From assembly GCA_019828565.1 (NCBI GenBank), contig JAHDYR010000050.1:59613-123612 (forward strand): 64,000 nt of DNA. The letters run 5' to 3'. Origin of the DNA: Carpediemonas membranifera BICM. Its lineage: Eukaryota > Protista > Fornicata. The notes under the pieces are model-generated. The model ran no database searches and was not told where the DNA came from. It saw only the letters and a program-made list of their open reading frames with translations. The translations under genes and the position numbers were made by a program. Positions 11,723-22,159 of the stretch are shown here, piece by piece; position 1 is the stretch's first letter; the number at the start of each line of letters is the position of its first letter.

Positions 11723-14700
11723 CTAATGGCGCTTCGGGATGGTTCCTTCCAGCCTTTTCCTACTTACTGATGTCAAAGTGTCCAAATAGTCGTCCAGAGC
11801 TCTTAGCTGCGCATTCGCCGCGTTCAACGGTTCCCAAGTGGCTTCATCTGGTTCAAAACCGGCCCATTCGATCAAGATGGCCGAACGATTCTTCCTACTA
11901 CCGAGCTTGTGGCCTACGATCCTTTCGACAACGAATTCCTGATGATCCCGTGCCGCTAAGCGCACCGCTTGCTCCATCGAGACCTTAGCCACGCTTATCC
12001 GTTCCTCATGGATCAGTACCACCTTGTGCGAGATTAAGTCCTTCATGCGCCAGGTGTTCGGGCTTTCCCCTTGCCCGACGGCCTGCATCGGTCCACGGGC
12101 CTTAGCAGTCAACTTCGTCTGTCTCGTTGCCCACCTCACAAAATAGAGGTCGCCAGTCCGTACCTTAGACTGAGACTCAGCCGGCTGTTTCGCAGCCTGG
12201 CGGCGTTCATACTCACCCACCGCTTGTTCCGCTGCCGCTCTGAAGCCCTGCCGAGCCCGTGCCCACTCTGCCAGATCCGCCGGGGCCCCGACAGCCTCCG
12301 CCATCGGTGCCAACTGCTCGGCCGACTTAAGAACGGCGGGTGAGATGCCGAAGAGGCATTGGAGTGGGCTCATGCCCCCTAGCGTGCTGTGTGGCGCGCT
12401 GTTAATCACCAGCTGCGCGACCGGGAGCCAGTGCTCCCACTGGTCGTCTTCCGCCTCCAACAACAGCTTGCGTAGAGCTCGGACCAACGTGCCATTGGCT
12501 CTCTCCACTATGCCATTACTAGCAGGATGATATGCGGTGGAGAATCGATGGTTGAGGGTCAGTCGAGTCGTGACTTGGTTGACGAGTTCATTTCGGAACT
12601 GCGAGCCTTGGTCAGTCTGGATCGTCTGTGGTACTCCCCATCGACCACACACGCGGGCAACCACCTCGGCCGCCCCCTGGGCGTCGGTGCTCTTCACCGG
12701 GTAGACGTCCACGTACTTCGAGAACGCATCAATGACTACGACAACGTACTGGTTGCCGTGCGGTGATTGGGGGAGGGGCCCGATAGTATCAAGCTGCACC
12801 ACCTCGAATGGCTGCCTGTGCTGCGTGGAGTGCCAGGGGACTCTCGTACGCCCCGGTTCCCGTGCCTTCTGGCATATGGGGCACTCTTCGACCCACTGGC
12901 GAGTGAAGGGTCTAATCTCCTCCCATCGATCACCCGCCCGGTCCTGCATTGCTGCCAATGGAACGTGGCCCGCACTGCCCCCATGTAGAGACTCTAGTAA
13001 TGCACGAGCGTCGTCAGGAATCTGTTGCCGGTCGAGTAAGTTTGTCTCCATCGGCAGTCGGGATAGGGCATCCGCTACTACGTTGTCCTTCCCGGCTACA
13101 TGCCGCAGCCTGAACGGATACTCGCCCAGGATAATCCTCCACCTCTCGAGCTTGGCGCTGAGGTCCTTCCGCTTGTGAAGGAATAGTAGGTTCTTGTGGT
13201 CGGAACACACAGTGAGGTCTGGGTGTAGCTTGAACAGCGGGGCGAGGTCGGGCTGTGTCACGCAGTGTACAATGGCGTATAGTTCCTTGTCATACGTCGA
13301 CCACCGCCCTTGAACTGCCGAGAACTTCTTGCTGAAAAAGGCAACTACCTGTTCTTCCCCTGGGTCACCCTGAAGCAGGACCCCGCCGATGCCCTCGTCA
13401 GAAGCATCAGTGTATAGCTGCCACGGCTTTGTCAGGTCGGGGAACACTAGCGCCGCTGCGTTCGCTACCGTCTCTGCGAGCTCGCGTACTATGCCGTCGT
13501 GCTCGTCGGTCCACTGCCCCATATCCTTGATCTCGTAGAGCGGGGCGAGGACCCTCTGGCAGTCCGGTATGAACCTTGCCAGATAGTTGAATTTTCCAAT
13601 GATGCCGCGGAGATCTGTCATGTTGTTGGGCCTAGCTAGGGCCCTGAGCGAGGCAATCCTCGACTCCGACACGCGACTGCCGGTTCCGTCAATGACGAAC
13701 CCGACCACTTCCACGCTCTTGGCTCTGAACGTGCACTTCTTGGGTGCCAGCCTTAGTCTGGCCGCTCTCAAACACTCGAAGACCGTCCGGAGTGTAGCAA
13801 GGTATTCCTCTGCCGTCCGGGCATAGTTCAGAATATCGTCGATGTACACGCAAGCGCCCTTGTGCAAGACTGGTGCCAGGCTGCGCTGCATCTCCCGCTG
13901 GAACACCGCAGGAGCATTCCTCAAGCCGAACGGCGTGCGAACAAACTCGCAATAGTCGTCGGGGGTGACGAACCCCGTCTTGAAAACGTCTTCGGGCCGG
14001 ACCTTCATCTGATGGTACCCTGAAGTGAGGTCCATACTGCTGAACCACTCAGCACCTGCGGCCTCGTGGACGAAGGACCGTAGGTCCGGCAGCGGGAACC
14101 GGTCCGGCTTGGTTACGTTGTTGACCGCAGTGAGGTCCACACAGAGTCGAATAGCCCCATCCTTCTTCGTGGCGACCACTATTGGGCTTGCCCACGGCCC
14201 ACGGCAGTCTCGGATAATACCTTCCCGCTTCAACCGGCGGACTTCCTGCCGCACTAACTCCCGCTTAGGGGGTCCCAGGTGTCTCGGGCGGCTCTGGATG
14301 AGCGCGTCTTCGGATGTATCTATGACCATGGGGCCAAGGGTAGAGCCCTCCGGGGGTAGTCCCCCGAACAGCTCGGCAAACTCCCGGATCAGCGCCCATA
14401 TGTCGGGAGCTATGTCTGAATCCGGCACAGTGATGGCCGACAGTGAGTCATCCAACGTCTCCTCCACCTGATTAATCTCAACATCAATGTCATCCCCATC
14501 GTCGCCATCCTCGGCCTTATCGATGAGCCTGATGAAGAGTTCATCGTTCGTCACGACTCCGAGCTCGCGAAGAATGTCTAGACCGACGATGGTCTTGACC
14601 GGAGCGCCTGGGAGTACCACTAGCCGTACCTGTATCTCGACGTCAACCGGCGTCAGCCTCTCCAATATTATTGTAGCGGTGGCATAGGTGTTTGTCTTCG

Positions 14701-15697
14701 ACACTCGCTGATCAGCGGTCACGTAGTGTATCGTTGGCCCGGTGCAAGTTGGTAAGTGAAATTGTTCCACTGCTCCCTCCGTCACCGCTGAGAACGTCGC
14801 CCCTGTATCCAAACGAAACGAACACTGCTGGCCATTTATTTGGCCGGAGGTCATGAGGGGCTTGGCGTTCTCTAGGAGGTTCACCTCGGGCTTGCCTGTC
14901 GGACACTGGGAGTCCCAGTGCCAGCCACCGCAGCTAGAGCAAGGGCGATGGGGAGGCTTCTTGGCCGGGTCGACGTCATTGGCCTTGTCGGAGCTGTTGT
15001 GGCGGGCCTCGCGACGATCGGCTGGAGAAGAGCGACTGTCGGACGGAGAAGGCTTGGAGGTCTGGCCTCGGGGCTTCTTGGACTTGGTCTTTGCCTGGGG
15101 CGGCCTATAATAGCCGTAACGTTCGGCTTCTTGGCGGGCCGCGTCGTCTCGCTTTGCTTCTCGGTTGGCTAGGGAGTACATTTCCTTGAGGTTCGAGGGG
15201 CGCTTGACTTTGGCCGCAAATTTGACCGCCTCTCGGAACGGCTTCGGCTCCAGGGCATCGATGAAGAGCTTCATTGCTTGGCGCTCCATCTGTGAGACGT
15301 GGTCCTCAATGAGGCCACCCTCACTCTCTGACTCCGAGTCGCTGTCCTCCATGTCGACGAATGTCGCACGGAAGGACCGAATAAACTGGCGAATGAGTGC
15401 TACACGTTCGGAATGTTCGTCTGTGGGGCAAATGAGGCTTTGGAGCTTTGACTTAAGCTCGGCAGTGGATGACGGAGCCAAAAAGCGATGCAAGTAGTCC
15501 GCGATGGTTTCGTCGTCTTCGTCGATGAGATTCTCCTCTCCGAAGAAGTCTTCCAGGAGGTCCAGCGTCTCGGGAGCCATGAAGGTAGCCATACGAACGT
15601 TGCGGTCTCTTGTAATTGCCTTGAGACGGGCAAGATCCGTTTGGAAACGGCGTAGGTCTTCAGAATTAAAGTCGGCATCGAGCGACGGGACAATCAT
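11723..15697 (-). CDS. Gag-Pol polyprotein 1324 aa (Gag-CCHC, protease, RT, RNase H, integrase, chromodomain)
   Basis: CSSCGGWHWDSQC; LDTGAT; DLTSGYHQ, PFGL, YIDD; YTDAS; H..GH..CPIC; LDTIGP, TDQG, VER; FVVERIVGH..IEWAGF..TWEP. Confidence 0.97.
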   Translation of the reverse strand: MIVPSLDADFNSEDLRRFQTDLARLKAITRDRNVRMATFMAPETLDLLEDFFGEENLIDEDDETIADYLHRFLAPSSTAELKSKLQSLICPTDEHSERVALIRQFIRSFRATFVDMEDSDSESESEGGLIEDHVSQMERQAMKLFIDALEPKPFREAVKFAAKVKRPSNLKEMYSLANREAKRDDAARQEAERYGYYRPPQAKTKSKKPRGQTSKPSPSDSRSSPADRREARHNSSDKANDVDPAKKPPHRPCSSCGGWHWDSQCPTGKPEVNLLENAKPLMTSGQINGQQCSFRLDTGATFSAVTEGAVEQFHLPTCTGPTIHYVTADQRVSKTNTYATATIILERLTPVDVEIQVRLVVLPGAPVKTIVGLDILRELGVVTNDELFIRLIDKAEDGDDGDDIDVEINQVEETLDDSLSAITVPDSDIAPDIWALIREFAELFGGLPPEGSTLGPMVIDTSEDALIQSRPRHLGPPKRELVRQEVRRLKREGIIRDCRGPWASPIVVATKKDGAIRLCVDLTAVNNVTKPDRFPLPDLRSFVHEAAGAEWFSSMDLTSGYHQMKVRPEDVFKTGFVTPDDYCEFVRTPFGLRNAPAVFQREMQRSLAPVLHKGACVYIDDILNYARTAEEYLATLRTVFECLRAARLRLAPKKCTFRAKSVEVVGFVIDGTGSRVSESRIASLRALARPNNMTDLRGIIGKFNYLARFIPDCQRVLAPLYEIKDMGQWTDEHDGIVRELAETVANAAALVFPDLTKPWQLYTDASDEGIGGVLLQGDPGEEQVVAFFSKKFSAVQGRWSTYDKELYAIVHCVTQPDLAPLFKLHPDLTVCSDHKNLLFLHKRKDLSAKLERWRIILGEYPFRLRHVAGKDNVVADALSRLPMETNLLDRQQIPDDARALLESLHGGSAGHVPLAAMQDRAGDRWEEIRPFTRQWVEECPICQKAREPGRTRVPWHSTQHRQPFEVVQLDTIGPLPQSPHGNQYVVVVIDAFSKYVDVYPVKSTDAQGAAEVVARVCGRWGVPQTIQTDQGSQFRNELVNQVTTRLTLNHRFSTAYHPASNGIVERANGTLVRALRKLLLEAEDDQWEHWLPVAQLVINSAPHSTLGGMSPLQCLFGISPAVLKSAEQLAPMAEAVGAPADLAEWARARQGFRAAAEQAVGEYERRQAAKQPAESQSKVRTGDLYFVRWATRQTKLTAKARGPMQAVGQGESPNTWRMKDLISHKVVLIHEERISVAKVSMEQAVRLAARDHQEFVVERIVGHKLGSRKNRSAILIEWAGFEPDEATWEPLNAANAQLRALDDYLDTLTSVSRKRLEGTIPKRH

Positions 15698-15727
15698 TGC
15701 TGGGGATCATTACCGCAGTGTTAACAC

Positions 15728-15857
15728 TGTGAAGGGTGCACTGCTTTATATGGCGACACCAATTGTGTCGAGTCGAGACGGCCATTGACCGTATCGAGAT
15801 CAGGGGATTATATGTAGAGGGTAATTATATGTATATATATTATATGTATATATCACA
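15728..15857 (-). repeat. 5' LTR of element C
   Basis: Matches 11431-11559 with one extra T. Confidence 0.95.
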
Positions 15858-18452
15858 AGGGGGGCGCCGAACAGTGACCAGACGTCCAGCATGGCGCTGG
15901 CTGCCTCGTCGGCTCCGGTGGAATGCACCGGCTTCAGCACGACGAACTTGGAGAACACGTCGATGAAGACAATGACGTGCTTGAAACCGTCGATGTCGGG
16001 CAGGGGCCCGATGGTGTCGATTTGAACCGACTCGAAGGGCGTGCCCTTCTGGGTGGAGTGCCACGGTGCCGTAGTCTTTGGGTGGGGCCGGAGCTTTTGG
16101 CAAATCGGGCACGTGGCGACGAATTCTTTGACGTCCTGTGCCATGGTGGCTCAAGACTGACCCGACTCGCGAAGGTTAGCGAGGGTCTGCTTGACGGAAA
16201 CGTGGCCGTTGGCTCCGCCGTGAGCGGTGGTGATCATCTGATTGATCTCGCTTGTGATTTCCAGAATGTGCCCGCTTGGACGCGAAAGTGCGTCAGCGAC
16301 GACGTTTGTGGCTCCAGGTATGTGTTGTATCTCGAATGTGTACTCGCTGAGGATGAGGCGCCATCTCGTGAGCTTCCTCGTGCCCTCTTCCGATTTCTGC
16401 AGCAACCAGACAATGTTTCGGTGATCTGTAAGAACTTTGAATGGCTTCAGCTTCAGTATCTGGGAGAATTCCGGTCTTGTAATGCAATAGACGATAGCAT
16501 AGAGCTCCTGCTCAATGGTTGCCCAGCGTTGCTGGGTCTCCGAGAATGTCTTGCTGAAGAAGGCTAGCGGCTTCTTTGAGCCGTCAGCCTCGTGCTGCCA
16601 CAGCACACCGCCCGCCGCGATGGCTGAAGCGTTCGTTTCAAGCGACCATGGGCGTTCCCAGTTAGGGAGAGCGAGGGCTGTGTGGCGGGTGCAGAGCTTC
16701 TTAAGCTCGTCGAAGGCCTTGTCATGTACTTCTGTCCAGTCAAGGCGGTCGCCCTTGTCGGGCGAGCCCTTCGGGAGGGCGTTGAGGGTTGCCGCTGCGG
16801 CGCCGAGGTCCGGGATGAAGTTGGAAAGATGATTAAACTTGCCCATTGTCCTTCTCAGTTCCGTGACCGTTGTCGGGCGGGTCAGCTCGAGCAGGGCCGC
16901 AATACGGCCGGGGCTGACTGCGTGGCCAGCTTGGTTGACGATGAAGCCGCAAACTTCGACTTCCTTTGCCCCAACGACGCACTTGTCCGCGCGGAGTCGG
17001 AGGTCGTTGGCCTCTAGGCAGGCCAGCACGGCGTCCATCGTCTGGAGAAAATCTTCCGCGGTTTTCGCGAAGACGAAAATGTCGTCGACGTAGACTCGCA
17101 CTCCGGCAATGTCGCCGAGAATGCTCTCCATAGCTCGTTGGAACTTACCAGGAGCGTTCTTCAGTCCGAATGGAACTCTCAGAAACTCGAACTGGTGACC
17201 AGGAACGACAAACGATGTCAGTGGGATGCTGTCTGGTTTGAGCTTCTGCTGCCAACAGCCGGAACGGAGATTTAGGGACGCAAAATAGCTACATCCCGTC
17301 GCCTCGTGAGGGAATTCCCTCAGATCGGGGAGTGGAAAGTTGTCCGCGATCGTGGCGTCGTTGAGCCCGTTATAGGCGACGCAGAATCGAGGCTCGCCGT
17401 TCTTCTTGGTGGCCATCGTATGGGGGCTTGTGTACTGTGACTGGCTCGGACGGATAACGCCAAGGGCGGTCATCTTCTCGATCTCACCCAGCGCTCCCGT
17501 TCCCGGTTTGCCGACGAGTGGCCGTGGGCGGGACTTCAAGTGGAGGGGCTGCGAGAGCTCTATCCGATGAGGTTCAAGCTTGCTGCCGTCGATGGGGAGT
17601 ACGGGGTTGAAGACCCCGCTTCGTCTGGCCAGGAGATCCTTGACTTATTGAACGAACTCGGGCCCGTGGTCGTCGGGGACCCGGACTTTCGCAAGCTCGT
17701 CGGTGGAGCTGGTCTCTTCAACGCATAAGTCAACGTCGAGCATCGAGTGCTCCTCCAAGTCGTCTGTGTCTTCGAGCTTACCGGGCATTATGAGCAGCCG
17801 GTCGTTGTGAATATAGCCGAGGTGGGTGAGGAGGTCGCGTCCGAGGAGGATGCGCTCCCTCTCTCCGTGGATGTCATGGAATGTCCACGTCAGGCCGACG
17901 GTCCTGCCGTCAGCGCTTGGCAGTTCGATCGTGGTAACGATCTTCTCCTGGGTGGAGATCACGCGGTCGTCGGCTGCGCGGAGTACGACGTCGGAGTGCT
18001 CCCTGGGGAGGGCCAGCCGGTCTGCGAGAGCCTCGCTGACTATACAGACGTCAGCCCCGCTGTCGAGTTTGCCTGGGAGGTTGATGGTCGGGTCGGGGTG
18101 TGTGATCACTTGATGAACACTTGACTGTTCTTGCCGTACGTTGCCGTGAATGGTCACGGGGACCGTGATTGGTGCCTCCGACGTGAGGACCTCGTCAATG
18201 TTGGCCTTTTGGCCTGGTACGGCAGTGCACTGTTCGGTAGTGTGGCGCTGCCAGCAGTGGACCTTACAGAACTTGTCCCCGGGGACGATATAGTGGGCCT
18301 TGTCCTTATACTGGACATATGGATCAGGGCCAATGACCTTCTGAGCCGCGGGCTTGCCGTTGCTCGGTCCTTCCTTCGGGTTCAGGCTGCCGCTAGCGCC
18401 GTGGCGAGATGAAGAGTTCGAGCCTCCGGAACCATGATTGTGTGAAGCGAAC

Positions 18453-20249
18453 TGTTTATAGGTAAACCGTCTAAAGGTAAAAATGGTCTAAAATACCGTG
18501 ACACCACCCTCTCTTTGGAAGAAAACCCCTCCTGGGGAGCAAAAGAAACCAAAGAGGGACCTTAAACGTAATTAGCAAGGTTCTTACGGGCCTTCCGAGC
18601 ACGGCGCTTAACCTCTTCGACGTGGGACACAGACCTTAGGTGCTGTTCCGTGCGTTCATCATAGTGTTTCCACTTAATGGTCACCATACCGGTTTTCCAG
18701 TCGATCTTCTCGATCTTTTCGATCTCAAACTGTTCCTTATCGGATTCGGCTAATTGCTTCATTTGAGTCTCTTCAAGATCTGTCTCAAATGGCATCAGTT
18801 TGTCGACGTGGGTAACTCTAATGTCTCCTGTGACAATAGATTGCAGCTTCACCTTATGGTTCGGCAGTACCTCGTGAATCTTCCACGGGCCTCTGTTCGG
18901 GCAGTCGAGCTTCTTGGGGTTTTCATGTTTCCATAGGACATAGTCACCTACTTCTACCCCCTTCGTCTCGATCTGGCTCCTGGCGGATGTGCCTTCCCTT
19001 ACGGAGTCTTCCAGTGTCCTTAGGACCTCCTGGAGAGATTGCTTGAACTCAACAATCCTCTTGTCGCCCCACTCTGCCGCGTCCCACTCAGTGGAAAATA
19101 GGTTGTGAGGCTGACCGAATATTAATTCATGAGGGGAGAACTGCGTAGCAGTGTGTGTCGTGCCATTAAGTATCATTTGAACGGTTGGCACCAATGTTGC
19201 CCACTCGTCTCGGCTCGCAATAGCGAGGACCATCCACCTTAAGTGGCGGCCAATCTCTGCATTTCTCCTCTCCACCAGCCCATTACTCTGGGGGTGATAT
19301 GGGATCGTGAAGTGCCGAAGCACCTTCAGCTCCGTGAGCATCGCGTCCAGTATGGAGTTTGCGTATTCCGGACCCCCATCAGATTGGAGTTCGAGGGGGA
19401 CACCGTATCTCGTAAATACTCGGTCCCATAGGGCCTGTGCAACTGTGCGTGCGTCATCGCTGGCTACGGGGATAAGCTCCGTATACCTAGTGAACATGTC
19501 AACTGCTGTGACGATGTATCGTGCCCCCAGATTATCCAAGGGCAGTGGTCCAATGGTTTCCACAGCCACGGTCTCCCATGGCTTGCCTCTAAGGCTGGAT
19601 CCTGCTTCGACCTCAATGTAGTTTCTTATTCTCGACTTGAGGCAGATCGGGCACCGCTTAACGGTTCGTCTGACATCATTCAGCATGCTAGGCCAAAAAA
19701 ACATCTTCTTCAGCATCTGATACGTGGCATTTGAGCCAGTGTGGAATTGATGTGCCAACTGCAGGAAGGTGTCGCGTAGCTTACCGTCCGGGATGATCGG
19801 GACTCCTTGTACGAAGTACGTAGAGTCCACCAGGGTGCAGCCGTCTAGGCCTTCCCAACCGATCCTATGTTCCTCAGGGAGGCTGGCCTGGGCCTCGCTG
19901 ATATCCCATAGGGACGGTCTCACCTCGCTCTCCTCTGCTTCTAGCAGATTTAAGGAGTGTGAGTCCCGGCAGGTGCTCTGCACCCGCGACAGCATATCTG
20001 CCATGACGTTAGCGTTACCAGATATATGACTAATGGTGAACGTGTAGTCCGATAGGACGGTAACCCAGCGAAGGAGCTTCTTTGATAGCTCTTTCATCTG
20101 TAGTAAATATACCAAGTTGCGGTGATCCGTATGAATCTGGATATCATCCTTCAACCTAAAGAGTTGGGCCATATCGGGCCGCGTCAGGCAGTATATGATC
20201 GCATGAAGCTCTTGTTCATACGTGGGCCACCTGGACTGAGTGTGTGCCG
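18453..20249 (-). mobile_element. Ty3/gypsy element D, 3' half (RNase H end, integrase, degenerate chromodomain)
   Basis: ORF 18562-~20245: WPTYEQELHA, H..H..CPIC, SDGG, VER, FEIEKIEK..IKW. PPT aaagagagggtgg is followed by TGTCAC at 18503. The left LTR boundary is uncertain. Confidence 0.85.
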
Positions 20250-20317
20250 TGTTACGAATGAGTTTTATGCAACCAACTCCCGCAGTTTAGGGTCACACTT
20301 CCCCCCATGCGGACGCA

Positions 20318-22159
20318 TTAACGGCGCCCGGAACTGCGGAACTTCTTCTTGGCGGCGGCGAACGCGGCTTCATGCTCTGGATGAGCGACGAGGTAATCAT
20401 CGAGAGCCGCTAGCTGGTCATAGTACCGGTTATAGGGTACATAGGAGTCTTCGTCGGGTGTGAGGCCTTCCCAACGGATGAGGAGCTCCAATGAGCCGTT
20501 CTTCTTCTTCTTGTGACCGACGATCTCCTTGACGGGCTGTTCGCCTTGCTCGAAAGCGGCGATCCGCTCGAGCTCGGTGTCGGATAAATCGGTCTCGAAT
20601 CGGACCAGTCTGTCGGCGTGGACCGTGCTGACGCATCTTGTGACGAGGTCACGGACGCGGTAGGTGTTCGGGTGTTCGCCCTTCCCCTCCATGCGGAAGG
20701 GTCCGCGCAGGGGGGTGTAGATCTTAGCCGGGGGCTTGCCCGGGTAGCGCAGGAGAACGTATTGTTCTCTCTCCCACGCATGAGTGTCTGCTGTGGCCTT
20801 GGCCTTGCGCGCCTCGTACGCGCGAATCTTGACGCGGGCGAGGGCTTGTAGAGCGGCTACTTCCTCCTGGAAGCGGACAATCTCACCTTCATCAACGCTC
20901 CCAGGGGTGCAGCTCTTCGTGGCGTTTGCCAGAGCGATCGGGGCGACCCGTAGCGTCGATTCTTTGCCGAACAGCAGTTCGAAAGGGGAGCGACCGGTGG
21001 TGGCGTGGCGGGTAGAGTTGATGACGTGTTGAGCGAGCGGTAAATAGGCGGGCCAGTTGCCGTCCTCTGCGTCTAGGAGGAGCGCTCTCATGCGAGACAT
21101 GATCGTGCCGTTGAGTCGTTCAACGACTCCGTTGCTGGCCGGATGGTAAGGGGTTGAGAACCTGTGCTGAAGACTGATGATGGCGTTACACTCGGCAATG
21201 AGGGCGTTACGGAATTGAGTGCCCTGGTCGGTTTGAATCTCCTTTGGGACTCCGAACGTGGACCACACATCCAGCATCGCTGCTGCAGCCTCTTCGGCCT
21301 TTGTAGTAGCGACCGGACGGAGGATCGTGAACTTGGAGAAGACATCCACGATCGTGATGATGTAGGACATGCCGGCCTCTTCCGGAAGGGGGTCTATTGT
21401 GTCAAGCTGGACCGTCTCGAAGGGCTTGAGTCGCTGCGTGGAGTGCCACTTCGTCTTCTCGCGGGCAGGGGGTCTAACCTTCTGGCAGACGGCGCAACTT
21501 CTGAGGGTCTCCCGGACGTCCGATTTCATGTCGGGCCAAGACTGCCCGGCGTTGCGGAGATTTTCCATCGTCTGAGCGACGCTGACGTGGCCCTGTGCAC
21601 CGGCGTGGGCCTGGTTGATGAGGTGACGGTGAGAACTGGAGACCTGTTCGATAGCGGCCTTGAGGTCGTCTCGGTCCTCTGGGACGCTGCTAGGACGGGA
21701 CAGCGAGTCGGCGACGACATTGTGGACGCCCTTGATGTGGGCGATGGAGTAGGGGTATTCGGTCATTGTCAGGCGCCAGCGAGTAAGCTTTTTCGTGCCC
21801 TCCTCGTCCGTCTTTCTCAGGAGCCAAATAAGGTTCCGGTGATCGGTTCTGAGAGAGAACGGCTTAATCTTAAGGAGGGCTGAGAACTCCGGTCGAGTTA
21901 CACAGTGGATGATCGCGTAAAGCTCCTGTTCGACGGTCGACCACCTTTGCTGAGTCTCGTCCAAGGTCTTGGAATAAAAAGCGAGGGGAACCTTCTCAAC
22001 TCCTTCGCCCTGCCAGAGGACCCCGCCGATCGCTACTGAGGAGGCATCGGTCTCCAAGGTCCAGGGCTTGTCTAAGTCTGGGAGGGCGAGCGCCGAGTGT
22101 TCGGTGACCAGGTCTTTCATCTTAGCGAAAGCGGCGTCCTGCTCGGCGCCCCAGGCCAC
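20318..22159 (-). CDS. Element E RNase H-integrase-chromodomain (613 aa piece of pol)
   Basis: ETDAS, CAVC, LDT, TDQG, VER, PVKEIVGH..IRWEG. Confidence 0.9.
   Translation of the reverse strand: MAWGAEQDAAFAKMKDLVTEHSALALPDLDKPWTLETDASSVAIGGVLWQGEGVEKVPLAFYSKTLDETQQRWSTVEQELYAIIHCVTRPEFSALLKIKPFSLRTDHRNLIWLLRKTDEEGTKKLTRWRLTMTEYPYSIAHIKGVHNVVADSLSRPSSVPEDRDDLKAAIEQVSSSHRHLINQAHAGAQGHVSVAQTMENLRNAGQSWPDMKSDVRETLRSCAVCQKVRPPAREKTKWHSTQRLKPFETVQLDTIDPLPEEAGMSYIITIVDVFSKFTILRPVATTKAEEAAAAMLDVWSTFGVPKEIQTDQGTQFRNALIAECNAIISLQHRFSTPYHPASNGVVERLNGTIMSRMRALLLDAEDGNWPAYLPLAQHVINSTRHATTGRSPFELLFGKESTLRVAPIALANATKSCTPGSVDEGEIVRFQEEVAALQALARVKIRAYEARKAKATADTHAWEREQYVLLRYPGKPPAKIYTPLRGPFRMEGKGEHPNTYRVRDLVTRCVSTVHADRLVRFETDLSDTELERIAAFEQGEQPVKEIVGHKKKKNGSLELLIRWEGLTPDEDSYVPYNRYYDQLAALDDYLVAHPEHEAAFAAAKKKFRSSGRR

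Larger units (their letters stand above)
11431..15857 (-). mobile_element. Intact Ty3/gypsy chromovirus-like element C, 4427 bp, 4-bp TSD AGGG
   Basis: LTRs 11431-11559 and 15728-15857 differ by one indel. TSD at 11427-11430 and 15858-15861, and its removal restores the host frame. PPT at 11560-11576. Confidence 0.97.
7144..18452 (-). mobile_element. Ty3/gypsy chromovirus-like element A (host of B, C and D); gag C-terminus, PR, RT, RH, IN, chromodomain
   Basis: Gag CxxH-x4-H-x4-C (~18260), LDSGAD protease, YVDD RT, RNase H. Removing B and C with their TSDs restores the integrase in frame (FGAPLCIQSDQGTQF..ELNKRLSLQHRFSTAYHPQSNG). Chromodomain ends at 7215, with a PPT at ~7196-7206. Confidence 0.9.

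Noticed and set aside
18430-18452. Fifth palindromic primer site after element D's LTR (GTTCGC...)
   Set aside because: Not self-complementary. It is the open gag frame of host element A next to a 3' LTR.
16151-21420. RIP/APOBEC-like hypermutation (D>N in A's RT and RNase H, G>D in E's integrase)
   Set aside because: Too few changes and no consistent dinucleotide context.
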